Assembly: GCA_963847705.1 (NCBI GenBank)
Contig: CAWKBC010000027.1
Coordinates: forward strand, 128,001-192,000
Direction of reading: 5' to 3'
From: an uncultured Pseudomonadota bacterium
Lineage (GTDB): Bacteria; Myxococcota_A; Polyangia; Fen-1088
Length of the DNA: 64,000 nt
Of this stretch, positions 1 through 10,713 are shown one piece after another (position 1 is the stretch's first letter; every line of letters begins with the position of its first letter). Below the pieces are notes generated by a model that worked only from the letters and a program-made list of their open reading frames with translations, had not been told where the DNA came from and made no database searches. The translations under genes and the position numbers were made by a program.

Positions 1-1228
<1,228 letters not shown>

Positions 1229-1257
1229 GGGATTTCCTTCCTTCTGACCAGGGATAA

Positions 1258-1273
1258 AGCACGTGGCGTGCCG
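1258..1273 (-). promoter_or_regulatory. sigma54 -24/-12 promoter upstream of ppsA
   Basis: Minus-strand CGGCACGCCACGTGCT (GG-N10-GC). Confidence 0.7.
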
Positions 1274-1326
1274 GCCGCCGTTCGAGCTGCACTCTCGAAA
1301 CTCCGGCGACGACCTCACTGGGGCTG

Positions 1327-1369
1327 CGCAAAAAGTGCGGTCACCACCGAGGGGCCCGCAATCCTGACG
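1327..1369. promoter_or_regulatory. Paired palindromic operator (putative enhancer-binding protein site)
   Basis: CGCA-aaaag-TGCG at 1327 and CGCA-atcct-GACG at 1357, 30 bp apart. Confidence 0.6.
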
Positions 1370-1376
1370 CGGAGGC

Positions 1377-2423
1377 CTAGTGATAGCCCTCGGCGTCGCC
1401 CGCGCCGAGCTTTCCGCGAAAGGTCCGGTAGAGGTGCGTGAACGTGATGGCGACCAGCACGAAGGCGATCGGCCACCAGCCGAGAGCCACGCCCATGGCG
1501 TAAGACCCCGTCGCCGCTGAAGCGATGGTCAGCGAGCGTGCCGGATCGCCCGTCGACGGCAGGAGCACCGGGAAGAGGGCGAAGGCCGCACCCCCCAGCA
1601 TCGACGCCAGGTAGGTGACCGACGCGAGAAAGGCTGTCTGTTCGCGGTGGCGCCGCACGGCGACCGCCATGACCGCCAGGCTGGAAGCGACCGCCAGCGG
1701 AATCAGCAACCCGATCGGATGCGAGCGGAAGTTGCTCAGGATGGAGGGACGTACGGCGACGGTGGCACCCAGGCTCGCCAGCGTCAGGACGGGCAGGAGA
1801 TAGGTTCCAAGGCGGGCGATGCGTCGAGTGCGTTCGTTCAAGTCGCCGCCGACACGGAGGGCCAGATAGTGGGCACCGTGGGTCGCGAGCGCGACGAGAG
1901 CCACCACCCCGCAGGTCACGGTGTACCAGTCGAGAACCCCGGGCTGCTCTCCGGTGCGGAAGTTGGTCCAGAGCGGCAAGAAGAACGTCCCGTCGGCATC
2001 GAGCGGGACGCCGCGGATCACGTTGCCGAGCGCCGCGCCGAAGAAGACCGGAAGCAGCAGGCTCGAGACCATGAAGACCGTGTCGCAGGCTTCGGCGAAG
2101 AGCTCGTCGCCGAGATGGGACCGTAGCTCGAGGCCCAGCGCGCGTCCGATCAGCAGCCACAGCACCATCATGAGCGGCAGATAGAACCCGCTGAAGCTCA
2201 CGGCGTAGAGCGCAGGGAACGCGAAGTAGAGCGTGCCGCCCGCCGCCAGCAACCACACCTCGTTGGCGTCCCAAACCGGTCCGATGCTGCGGCGGACGAG
2301 GTTGCGCTCTTCGGGGGTCTTGGCGACCCATTTGTAGATGGCGCCCACTCCGAGATCGAATCCGTCGAGCACGACGTAGGCGACCAGCATCAGCGCGACC
2401 AGGAGGAACCAGAAGTTGGCCAT
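1377..2423 (-). CDS. cydB: Cytochrome bd ubiquinol oxidase subunit II
   Basis: VLDGFDLGVG and IGPVWDANEVWLL motifs; multi-pass membrane protein directly downstream of cydA. Confidence 0.95.
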   Translation of the reverse strand: MANFWFLLVALMLVAYVVLDGFDLGVGAIYKWVAKTPEERNLVRRSIGPVWDANEVWLLAAGGTLYFAFPALYAVSFSGFYLPLMMVLWLLIGRALGLELRSHLGDELFAEACDTVFMVSSLLLPVFFGAALGNVIRGVPLDADGTFFLPLWTNFRTGEQPGVLDWYTVTCGVVALVALATHGAHYLALRVGGDLNERTRRIARLGTYLLPVLTLASLGATVAVRPSILSNFRSHPIGLLIPLAVASSLAVMAVAVRRHREQTAFLASVTYLASMLGGAAFALFPVLLPSTGDPARSLTIASAATGSYAMGVALGWWPIAFVLVAITFTHLYRTFRGKLGAGDAEGYH

Positions 2424-2433
2424 GGTGAGGTCC

Positions 2434-3819
2434 TTATTCCGCCGCCGCGACGGTGGGCGATGTGACGAGCACCCCGAGGTGGGGGGCAGCTTCCGCTGGA
2501 ATGCCCTTGGCGATGGCCTTCGTCATGATGAGGACGAAAGCGATCGACAGGAGCGCGTAGAGACCCATGAAACCGAGCAAGGAGAAGAGCGCGTTGCCGG
2601 CGGAGACCCGTTGAGAGCTTCCGGCCGCCGTGCGCATGAGGCCGTAGACGAGCCACGGCTGGCGCCCCACCTCCGCTGTCATCCACCCGGCCGTGTTCGC
2701 GATGTAGGGCAGGGGAACCGCCAGCACCAGCGCCCAGAGAAGGGGGCGCGCCGTCTCCAGACGGCCGCGGACGAGCCAGAAGAGGGCCAGCGCCATGAGG
2801 GCCATGAAGATCGTCCCGAGGCCAACCATCACGTGGTAGCTGTAGTAGAGGAGGCCGACGTTGTCGGGGCGGGCTTCGGGTGGAAACTGATCTAGGCCAG
2901 CGACGGAGGCACTCCAGCGCCGATGGGTGAGGATGCTCAACGCAGCCGGAACCTCCAGCGTGTTGTCGATCCGTCGCTCATCGGTGTTCGGCTGCCCAAC
3001 GAGTACGAGCGGTGCCCCCGGACGGGTCGCGAAGAGCCCCTCCATCGCGGCCAGCGTGGCGGGTTGATTGGTGGCGATGAGCTGGCCCTGGCGGTCGCCG
3101 GTGGGAAATAGCTGCCAGAGGCTGGCTAGTGCAGCCACCACGACGCCGGTTCGGAGGAGCGCCGTCGAAGCCTGCCGGTCATCGCCCGTCTTGGCGCGAA
3201 GAACGTAGTAGGCGCCGAGACCGGAGGTGGCGAAGGCGCCGGTCACCAAGGCGCCGCCCATGGTGTGCAGGTACTGCCAGAAGGCCCAGCGGTTCAGCAG
3301 CAGCGCCGACAAGCTCTGGAGCTGGACGGCGCCGTCGGGACCTACGGTGTAGCCGACGGGGTGCTGCATCCAGGCGTCGGTGGCCACGATGAAGTAGCCC
3401 GACAGCCATGACCCCGCGAAAACGGCGAACGCCGACGCCAGGTGGGCGCGCGGCGAGAGGCGCTTTTCGCCGAACAGGAACAGGCCCAGAAACGACGATT
3501 CGAGGAAGAAGGCGAACATCCCCTCCATCGCCAGCGTCTGTCCGATGACGCCGCCGGCGAACTTCGAGAAGCGCGCCCAGTTGGTGCCGAACTGGAACTC
3601 CATCGGGATCCCGGTGACGACCCCGAAGACAAAGTTGATGGCGAAGAGGCGCGCGAGCAGACGCGCCGCCTCGGCGTACCGCCGTTCGGGGTGGCGGAGT
3701 GCCAGCATCTTGAGGATCACGATCATGGGCGCGAGGCCCATCGTGAGCTGCGGAAAGAGGTAGTGGAAGGTGGCCGTGAAGGCGAAGTGCAAACGATGTA
3801 CGACGAGAGCGCTGTCCAT
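2434..3819 (-). CDS. cydA: Cytochrome bd ubiquinol oxidase subunit I
   Basis: FHYLFPQLTMGL, GVVTGIPMEFQFGTNW, FFLESSFLG and GWMTAEVGRQPW motifs. Confidence 0.95.
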   Translation of the reverse strand: MDSALVVHRLHFAFTATFHYLFPQLTMGLAPMIVILKMLALRHPERRYAEAARLLARLFAINFVFGVVTGIPMEFQFGTNWARFSKFAGGVIGQTLAMEGMFAFFLESSFLGLFLFGEKRLSPRAHLASAFAVFAGSWLSGYFIVATDAWMQHPVGYTVGPDGAVQLQSLSALLLNRWAFWQYLHTMGGALVTGAFATSGLGAYYVLRAKTGDDRQASTALLRTGVVVAALASLWQLFPTGDRQGQLIATNQPATLAAMEGLFATRPGAPLVLVGQPNTDERRIDNTLEVPAALSILTHRRWSASVAGLDQFPPEARPDNVGLLYYSYHVMVGLGTIFMALMALALFWLVRGRLETARPLLWALVLAVPLPYIANTAGWMTAEVGRQPWLVYGLMRTAAGSSQRVSAGNALFSLLGFMGLYALLSIAFVLIMTKAIAKGIPAEAAPHLGVLVTSPTVAAAE

Positions 3820-3902
3820 GTCGGTCCTTTCGGACGCTCTCTTTGCAAGAGCCGGGCTAAGGACAGACCGGCTTACGAAAGGGGGACTCTCTCGCGCAAA
3901 CG

Positions 3903-3945
3903 CGCAAACTCTGCGGTCCGGTCACGGCCGGGCGTCAAAACTGCG
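3903..3945. promoter_or_regulatory. Paired palindromic operator upstream of cydA
   Basis: CGCA-aactc-TGCG at 3903 and CGTC-aaaac-TGCG at 3933, 30 bp apart. Only a degenerate sigma54-like site is present (TAGCCCGGCTCTTGCA, 3844-3859, minus). Confidence 0.55.
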
Positions 3946-3996
3946 TGCTCGGGGTTCGGGTGCTCCCACGACCAGTTCCGGCCGCCGGAACGATGG

Positions 3997-6516
3997 TCAA
4001 CGCTGCCAGGTGATGAGGGGCAATTCCGAGGGGATGCTGGCGATCTTCGATGCGGGAATGACCCGCGGGGTGCAGTCAGACACGGGTCTTCCGTTCGGGG
4101 TCATCGCGCGAAAGAGGAATCCATGGCTCGTGCCAGGCAGGGGCCCCGAGACGTCCATGGAAACACGGACAGGATCCAGGTTCGGCGCGAGCGGAGCGGC
4201 GAAGAGCTCTACCGCCACGTCGTCGAGCGCGACGTCGTTGAGAAAGACCTCGACGGAGATTTGCGCGCCGGTGTCGCGCGCCTGGACGTCCATCGCGCCG
4301 AACCGGATGCCCGCCCAGCAACTCGTCAGATGCCGGGTCCAGGATTCGAGCTCCCGGGCCGTTGCTCCGGCGTTCGCGAGCCGGGCACTGACTTCCACTT
4401 CCGCGGGATGGTAAAAACCAGTCACGTATTCGCGGAGCATTCGGTTCGCCGAAAATCGGGGGGTGAGCCGCGAGAGGCTGGCGCGAACGCGGCGCAGCCA
4501 GGCGCGTGGCAGGCCCTCGGCGTCGCGCTCGTAGAACGACGGAATGACTTCTTGCCGCAAGATGCGAAAGAGGGCGTCGGCGTCACGCTCGTCGTCACTG
4601 GCGGCATGCGGATCGCCGATCGCCCAACCCACCTCCGGCTCGTAGGCTTCTGCCCACCATCCGTCGAGCGCGGAGAGGTTGAGGCCGCCGTTGACCAGGA
4701 CCTTCATACCGCTGGTGCCGCAGGCCTCCCAAGGGCGCCTGGGTGTGTTGAGCCAAACGTCGACGCCCTGGACAAGCTCCTGCGCCAGGGACAGATCGTA
4801 GTCTTCTAAGAAGACGCAGCGCATACGGACCTCGGGCTTCGAGACGAAGCGCATCCAGGCTTCGATGAGCGCCTTGCCTTCATCGTCCGCAGGGTGTGCC
4901 TTGCCAGCGATCAAGATTTGAACTGGTCGCAGCTGATCTCCCAGGAGACGCTGCAGCTCCGGTTCGTTTCGCAAGAGGAGATTGGGTCGCTTGTACTCGG
5001 CAAAGCGGCGGGCGAACCCGACCGTGAGAACGTCGGGATCGAGAACCCGGGCGGCGACCTCGACATTCTCTGGCGGGGCACCTCGGCGAGCGAGCTGGTC
5101 CTTGAGGCGTCCCCGCGCCCGATGGATCAAATCCTCTCTGGCGCGGGCTCGTACGGCCCACAGCGTGCGATCGTCGACCGCAGCAATGGCCGCCTCGAGT
5201 CCCTCGGCTGCTCCGCGCCAGCGGTCCGCGCCGCAGGCATGGGTCCACAGCTCATCTGTCGCCGGTGAGTCCCACGACGGAACGTGAACTCCATTCGTAA
5301 CGTGCCGGATCGGGATCTCCTCCTTGGGCCAGCGGGGAAAGAACGACCGGAAAACCTCTCGGCTGGTCTCAGCGTGCAGCGCGCTCACCGCGTTGACGCG
5401 TGTCGCTCCATGCATCGCGAGGTAACTCGGTCGAAAGGGCTCTTCGGGTCCGGCTCCAGGCGCGCGCCCGAGCGCCAGCAGCTCCTCGAAGGTGATGCCG
5501 AGCTCGGCCAGGTAACCTCGGTCGGCCGGAAAATACTTTGCCACAATCTGAGATGCGAAGGCATCGAAGCCGGCCGCGACCGGCGTGTGCGTCGTGAAGA
5601 CGTTGCCGGCGCGGGTGGCGGCCAGCGCCCCTCTGAACGAGAGGTTGTGTCTCTTCATCGCCGAGCGTGCGCGCTCGAGGATTGCAAAGGCGGCGTGTCC
5701 TTCGTTGAGGTGCGCGGCGCCTGGCTCGATGCCCATCGCGTCGATGAGACGCCAGCCGCCGATCCCGAGCGCCATTTCCTGACGGAGGCGCATCTCAGGG
5801 CCGTCGCCGTAGAGCTTGCCGGTGATGCCGCGATCGACCGGATCGTTGACGGGGACATTGCCGTCGAGGAGATAGAGGGTCACGCGTCCGACGGTTGCTC
5901 GCCAAGCGCGCAACCAGAAAGTTCTGCCCGGCAATTCCACGGGGACCATCAGCCATTCGCCGGACGGAGCCAGCGCTGGTTGGATGGGGAGCGTGACCGG
6001 GTCGTTGTAGGGGTAGAGCTCCTCCTGGCGGCCGGCCGCATCGATAGCCTGGCGAAAGTAGCCTTCCTGGTAGAGCAGCCCGATTGCGACCAGCGGCACT
6101 CCGAGATCGCTGGCCGCCTTCAGGTGATCGCCGGCCAACACACCGAGACCCCCGGCATAAAGTGGAATCGCCTCTCCGAGACCGAACTCCAGGCTGAAGT
6201 ACGCCACTGGGCGCGCGAGATCGCCAATTCCCCCGTCGAGCGCCGGCGGCGAGGCCAGATACGCTTTTCGGACCGCCACAATTCGATCGAGGTCCTGCCG
6301 AAAGGTCGGATCGGCAGCGACGGCCTCGAGCCGTTCGCGCGGGAGATCCCGCAAAAGCAGCCAGGGATTGCCGGTCGCCTCCCAAGTGACGGAATCGAGC
6401 GCTCGCCAGAGGTGGTCGGCGTCGTGACTCCAGGTCCAGCGCAGATCGAGCGCCAATTCTGCGAGCGACTCCAGCCCTTCTGGCAGATCGGGAGGTGAGA
6501 ATGCGTCTTGGCTCAT
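3997..6516 (-). CDS. glgP: Alpha-glucan (glycogen/starch) phosphorylase
   Basis: YFSLEFG, YAGGLGVLAGDHLK, HLNEGHAAF, FARRFAEYKR and the PLP-lysine motif EACGTSGMK. Confidence 0.95.
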   Translation of the reverse strand: MSQDAFSPPDLPEGLESLAELALDLRWTWSHDADHLWRALDSVTWEATGNPWLLLRDLPRERLEAVAADPTFRQDLDRIVAVRKAYLASPPALDGGIGDLARPVAYFSLEFGLGEAIPLYAGGLGVLAGDHLKAASDLGVPLVAIGLLYQEGYFRQAIDAAGRQEELYPYNDPVTLPIQPALAPSGEWLMVPVELPGRTFWLRAWRATVGRVTLYLLDGNVPVNDPVDRGITGKLYGDGPEMRLRQEMALGIGGWRLIDAMGIEPGAAHLNEGHAAFAILERARSAMKRHNLSFRGALAATRAGNVFTTHTPVAAGFDAFASQIVAKYFPADRGYLAELGITFEELLALGRAPGAGPEEPFRPSYLAMHGATRVNAVSALHAETSREVFRSFFPRWPKEEIPIRHVTNGVHVPSWDSPATDELWTHACGADRWRGAAEGLEAAIAAVDDRTLWAVRARAREDLIHRARGRLKDQLARRGAPPENVEVAARVLDPDVLTVGFARRFAEYKRPNLLLRNEPELQRLLGDQLRPVQILIAGKAHPADDEGKALIEAWMRFVSKPEVRMRCVFLEDYDLSLAQELVQGVDVWLNTPRRPWEACGTSGMKVLVNGGLNLSALDGWWAEAYEPEVGWAIGDPHAASDDERDADALFRILRQEVIPSFYERDAEGLPRAWLRRVRASLSRLTPRFSANRMLREYVTGFYHPAEVEVSARLANAGATARELESWTRHLTSCWAGIRFGAMDVQARDTGAQISVEVFLNDVALDDVAVELFAAPLAPNLDPVRVSMDVSGPLPGTSHGFLFRAMTPNGRPVSDCTPRVIPASKIASIPSELPLITWQR

Positions 6517-7154
6517 CTCCGCGCGTCGGGGGAAGCTGTCCCGGCCTCAGTGTCGAGCTCGGAACGAAGAACCTCGACCTTCGCGATGATCTCCACCTCG
6601 TCACCGACGACCAGGCCGCCGACGTCGAGATCCTGATTCCAGTGCAGACCGAATGACTGGCGGTCAATCACGCCCCGAGCGGTGTAGAAGGTCCGCTCTC
6701 GGCCAGCGGAATCCTCCATCGTCTCGCCGACCTCCACCTCGGCGCGAATCTCGACGTCGTGGACGACGCCGTGCATGCTCAAGAGCCCCTCGACGACGAC
6801 CTGTCCGTCGGGGATGGCGACGTTCGTGCTCTTGAATTCCGCGCGTGGAAACCGTGCCACGTCCAGGAATTCGCTGGAACGGACGTGGGCATCGCGTTCG
6901 GGATCGTCCGTCGTGACGCTGGTCAGGTCGACCCAGACTTGCACACTCGACAGCCACGGCTGCCGGCGGTCGATGAAGAGAGTTCCCCCCCATCGTTCGA
7001 AGCGACCTCGGATCTGCTGGACGACGATGTGGCGGAGGTTGAAGGTCAGGCTCGACCGGGCGGGATCGATCTCCCACCGCTCCGACCGAGAATTATCGGC
7101 GCTCCCGTCGACACCCGCCGAAGCGCCACCGCGACGATCATTCATGGTGTTCAT
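6513..7154 (-). CDS. YceI family (polyisoprenoid-binding) protein
   Basis: WEIDPARSSLTFNLRH...RGRF...RDAHVRSSEFLDVARFP...IDRQSFGLHWN. Start chosen at the ATG 14 nt below the sigma54 site. Confidence 0.85.
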   Translation of the reverse strand: MNTMNDRRGGASAGVDGSADNSRSERWEIDPARSSLTFNLRHIVVQQIRGRFERWGGTLFIDRRQPWLSSVQVWVDLTSVTTDDPERDAHVRSSEFLDVARFPRAEFKSTNVAIPDGQVVVEGLLSMHGVVHDVEIRAEVEVGETMEDSAGRERTFYTARGVIDRQSFGLHWNQDLDVGGLVVGDEVEIIAKVEVLRSELDTEAGTASPDARR

Positions 7155-7166
7155 GGTCATCGGGGC

Positions 7167-7182
7167 TGCAGGATGAATGCCA
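7167..7182 (-). promoter_or_regulatory. sigma54 promoter upstream of yceI-glgP
   Basis: TGGCATTCATCCTGCA (GG-N10-GC); CGCA-aggaa-TGCG palindrome at 7214-7226. Confidence 0.65.
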
Positions 7183-7310
7183 GCAACAATTCGCGCCGGC
7201 ACGCTTTCGATCGCGCAAGGAATGCGGACCACCGCGTGACGGCGCAACCTTTTCGCGATCCGATGAGCAGAAGCCGTCCGCAGGTCCACCCTGCATGGTA
7301 GCGTGACGCC

Positions 7311-8480
7311 GTGTTCAGGACTTTTCGCGAAAACGTGAACGCTTACGTCGGCTTCGACGCCGCTGCCACCGAGTCCCTCCGCGAAGCGCATCCGTTGGTC
7401 GCGCCGCGTTTTGGCGCGATCATCGACGACTTCTACGCGACCATCGAAGCGCATCCCAACGCGCGCGCCGCCATCACCGGCGGGGCCGCTCAGATTGCCA
7501 GGCTCAAGCAGTCTCTCTTGCGCTGGATCGACGAGCTATTCAAGGGGCCGCACGACAACGCCTACTTCGACCGCCGCGCCCGCATCGGGCGGGTTCACGT
7601 TCAGATCAACCTTCCGCAGATGTACATGTTCACAGCGATGGATCGCATCCGCCTTCGATCGGCCGATGCGCTCCGAGAGGCGCCCGGGGTCGCCCCCGAG
7701 AAGCTGAACCGGATGCTGGCGGCCCTGCATCAGATCCTGGACATCGAGCTCGCGATCATGCTCGAGACGTACCGGGACGACCTTCTGACGAAGAACCGGA
7801 CCGCTGAGCGGTTGGCGACCATCGGACAGTTCGCCGCGGGCATCGGGCACGAGCTTCGCAATCCGCTCGGGGTCGTCGAGAGCTCGGCGTATCTCGTGAC
7901 TCAGCGTCTCGAGCAGCTCAGCGTGTCCGATCCCCGGGTGGCGCGCCACATGGAGAAGATCACGACGGAGGTCCAGAGGTCCGGTAGGACGATCAACGAC
8001 CTTCTGGAGCTCGCGCGGAACAAGCCGCCCAAGCGGCGTGTCGTCGATTGTCGTCAGTTCGTCTTGGATGCTGTCCCCGCTGCCCACCTCGATCCGGGCG
8101 TCGAGGTCATCGTCGAGGTTCCCGCCGGTCTGCCGCTCGATGCGGATCCCGATCAGCTCACCCGCGTCATCACGAACCTGTGCATCAACGCGAGTCAGGC
8201 GATGAACGCCAAAGGCCACATCTGGATCGACGCCTGGCGAGAAGGTGCGGCGACGGTTCTGCGTGTCCGCGACGAAGGACCAGGCGTTCCGTCGAACCTG
8301 CAGGTGCAGGTGTTCGAGGCGCTCTTCACCACGAAGGCGAAGGGGAGTGGGCTCGGCCTGGCGCTTTGCAGGCGCATCGCCGAGGCGCACGGTGGAACCG
8401 TCTCGCTGGAGCCGTCGGAGCAAGGAGCCGCGTTCCGAATCACCGTTCCGGACGCAACGCACGCGGGCGTCGAGAGATAG
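7311..8480 (+). CDS. Globin-coupled sensor histidine kinase (AfGcHK-like)
   Basis: N-terminal protoglobin-like domain (DDFYATI, RIGRVHVQINLPQMYMF with proximal His), H-box HELRNPL, N-box NLCINA, G-boxes DEGPG and GSGLGL. Confidence 0.9.
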   Translation: MFRTFRENVNAYVGFDAAATESLREAHPLVAPRFGAIIDDFYATIEAHPNARAAITGGAAQIARLKQSLLRWIDELFKGPHDNAYFDRRARIGRVHVQINLPQMYMFTAMDRIRLRSADALREAPGVAPEKLNRMLAALHQILDIELAIMLETYRDDLLTKNRTAERLATIGQFAAGIGHELRNPLGVVESSAYLVTQRLEQLSVSDPRVARHMEKITTEVQRSGRTINDLLELARNKPPKRRVVDCRQFVLDAVPAAHLDPGVEVIVEVPAGLPLDADPDQLTRVITNLCINASQAMNAKGHIWIDAWREGAATVLRVRDEGPGVPSNLQVQVFEALFTTKAKGSGLGLALCRRIAEAHGGTVSLEPSEQGAAFRITVPDATHAGVER

Positions 8481-8490
8481 GCCGTGGCGT

Positions 8491-9219
8491 CTACCAGACG
8501 GTCTCGAGAATCGCGAGCCCCAGTCCCGCCAGTAAGCCGAGAATGGCCCGTGATCGGGATTCGCTTCGACTGGCACTCCCTAGAAAGACGGTCGGCATCA
8601 GGTCGGCTAAGGCGATGTAAAGGAACGTTCCGGCCGCGATGCCGAGCGCGAGTCCCGAGACCTGCTTCCAGGCGGCCGCCGACAGGAGCGTCAGGGCCGC
8701 GCCGATGCCGGCGGTCAGTTGTACACCTGTCATCGCGACGAGCGCCTGTGTCCTGGTGAGAGCGGAGTTCCGCAGCAATACATAGTCGGCCAGCTCTTCC
8801 GGCACTTCGTGAGCGATGACGGCGATGGCGGTAATGACGCCGAGGCGTCCGGAGATCAAGAATGAAGCCGCGATCGCCGCGCCGTCCGCGGCGTTGTGAA
8901 AGGCATCTGCTCCGAGCAGCATAGCGGCGAGTCGACCACCCTTCAGGCTCTCTCGTCTGCGTCGTCCCAGTGCCCACTCGAGCGAGGCCATCACGGCTAG
9001 ACTTCCAATGACCGCGGCGACGACTGCAGCGTGGGACGCTCCGGCAAAGGCCTCCGGGAGAAGATCGAGAAACGTGGTTCCGACCAGTACGCCGGTGGCG
9101 AACCCGACCAGGGCCATCCGGCTCTGATCGAGCCGCCGCTCGGGCACCAGCGCGCCGGCCAGCCCGGCGCACCCGTCCGCCACGACGGCAGCGGTTACGT
9201 AGACGATGGTGCGGAACAT
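8491..9219 (-). CDS. ZIP family metal transporter
   Basis: Hydrophobic; FHNAADG and AHEVPEE ZIP signatures; GTFLYIA. Confidence 0.85.
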   Translation of the reverse strand: MFRTIVYVTAAVVADGCAGLAGALVPERRLDQSRMALVGFATGVLVGTTFLDLLPEAFAGASHAAVVAAVIGSLAVMASLEWALGRRRRESLKGGRLAAMLLGADAFHNAADGAAIAASFLISGRLGVITAIAVIAHEVPEELADYVLLRNSALTRTQALVAMTGVQLTAGIGAALTLLSAAAWKQVSGLALGIAAGTFLYIALADLMPTVFLGSASRSESRSRAILGLLAGLGLAILETVW

Positions 9220-9366
9220 CAGCGGATGCCCTTCACCGCGCACCAGCGCTTGCCGGGGTTGGCATTCGATCTGGGGTCAGGTCTGCGGCGGGCATGTCGA
9301 TCCCCATGGCGACAGAACCAGGTGACTGCGCAAAACCTGCATGGCCTGGGCTCGTCCGGCGCAAGG

Positions 9367-9804
9367 TTAACGCGTCGATGTCATCTCCCACTCGAAGTAG
9401 CGGCGGGCGAAGCGGACGAAATCTGCTTCGGTGACGATCCCGACCAACTTGCCGCCCTCCATCACCGGAAGACAGCCGAGCTTGAAGGTTTCCAGCAGGC
9501 GGGCCGCTTCAGCCGCCGTCGTCGCCGGGTCGACGGTCAGAACGTCCTTCTCCATGACCATCTCGACCGGCACCTCACGCTCCACGTCGCCACGGGATTC
9601 CTCGTTTGGGTGCCCGTGACTGACCCAGGACTCGAGGATCCTTCGGTGGGTGATGAGGCCGACCAGGTGTTCGTTGCCGTCCACCACCGGAAGGTGGCGG
9701 ATCCGACCTCGCGCGATCTGCCTTCGAGCCGCGGCCAGCGTATCGCCTATTCCCAACACCTCGACCACACCCGTCATGATCTCTTTCACCGTTGTGGTCG
9801 CCAT
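9367..9804 (-). CDS. CBS-domain pair protein
   Basis: VKEIMT...IRHLPVVD...LVGLIT...GCLPVMEGGKLVGIVTEADF. Confidence 0.9.
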   Translation of the reverse strand: MATTTVKEIMTGVVEVLGIGDTLAAARRQIARGRIRHLPVVDGNEHLVGLITHRRILESWVSHGHPNEESRGDVEREVPVEMVMEKDVLTVDPATTAAEAARLLETFKLGCLPVMEGGKLVGIVTEADFVRFARRYFEWEMTSTR

Positions 9805-9817
9805 GGGATGAGGCGAA

Positions 9818-9833
9818 AGCAAGGACGATGCCG
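9818..9833 (-). promoter_or_regulatory. sigma54 promoter for the CBS gene
   Basis: CGGCATCGTCCTTGCT (GG-N10-GC, TTGC at -12). Confidence 0.7.
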
Positions 9834-9849
9834 CTCGCGCTCCCTTGCC

Positions 9850-9865
9850 TGGCATGACGGATGCT
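9850..9865 (+). promoter_or_regulatory. sigma54 promoter for the hemerythrin-like gene
   Basis: TGGCATGACGGATGCT (GG-N10-GC). Confidence 0.65.
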
Positions 9866-9892
9866 CGATGTGCGGTGAGGAAGGAGCAAGCC

Positions 9893-10378
9893 ATGAAAGA
9901 GATCGGATGGTCGGCGCCCTCGCAGCCAGTTGATGCCGGCACCGCCAGGAGAGGAATTCTATGGCAGCACGAGCGCCTGCGAGCGCTGCTCGGCAGGGCG
10001 CAGGTCGTGGCCGAGTCATGCCTCGACGGCCAGCCCTCCGCGCCGGACGCCGTGGCCTGCGCGATCGGGGACATCCATTCGGCGATGGAGGTTCACCTGA
10101 AGTTCGAGGAGGCCGTCCTCTTGCCACTCCTGCGCGACGACCTTCCGATCGGGCCGGAGCGCGCCGACCGGCTACTCGAGGAGCATCTCCAGCAACGAGC
10201 CACGCTGGCCGCGCTTCACAGAGAGGCTGCCGCACATCCCGACCTACCGCTGCTCGCCAGCAAGCTGGCGGCGCTGACCTCCTGGCTGCTCGCCGACATG
10301 GTCGAGGAAGAGTGCTCGCTGCTGAATCCGGACTCGGTTCGCGACGACCTCGTCGTCATCGACCAGAATTCTGGGTAG
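9893..10378 (+). CDS. Hemerythrin-like (HHE) domain protein
   Basis: QHERLR, HLKFEE, EEHLQQR and DMVEEE pattern; AAGGAG RBS. Confidence 0.75.
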   Translation: MKEIGWSAPSQPVDAGTARRGILWQHERLRALLGRAQVVAESCLDGQPSAPDAVACAIGDIHSAMEVHLKFEEAVLLPLLRDDLPIGPERADRLLEEHLQQRATLAALHREAAAHPDLPLLASKLAALTSWLLADMVEEECSLLNPDSVRDDLVVIDQNSG

Positions 10379-10384
10379 CGGCGT

Positions 10385-10707
10385 CGGCGTTGCTCGGCAA
10401 CCTCGGCTCGCTCGACATGGGGAGCTCGGGGCCGTTCCGGGGGTACCTGGGCGATCCGACGGAGGGCCCGTTTCAAGGAGAGTCGCATGACGGGGAGCGA
10501 GGTGCAGGAGGTCGGCGGCCTCTACATCAGCAGCTCGGACCTCTATAACCCAAGGTCTTCAACGTCGAGATGGACGCTCACGAGGACGTCAATCTGGGCG
10601 GCGTCTATTCGTGGCCGGGCGAGCTCGGGATGAAGGCGTACGTCGATTCGATCAAGAAGTACCCCAATCCGGCCGCCCCCAACGTGACCCGCTTTTCGAG
10701 CCACTGA
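10385..10707 (+). pseudogene. Arylsulfatase relic (disjoint internal and C-terminal fragments)
   Basis: Fragments DMGSSGPFRGYLGDPTEG and PKVFNVEMDAHED...SIKKYPNPAAPNVTRF* resemble bacterial arylsulfatases; no start codon, broken frames. Confidence 0.5.
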
Positions 10708-10713
10708 GGCAGA

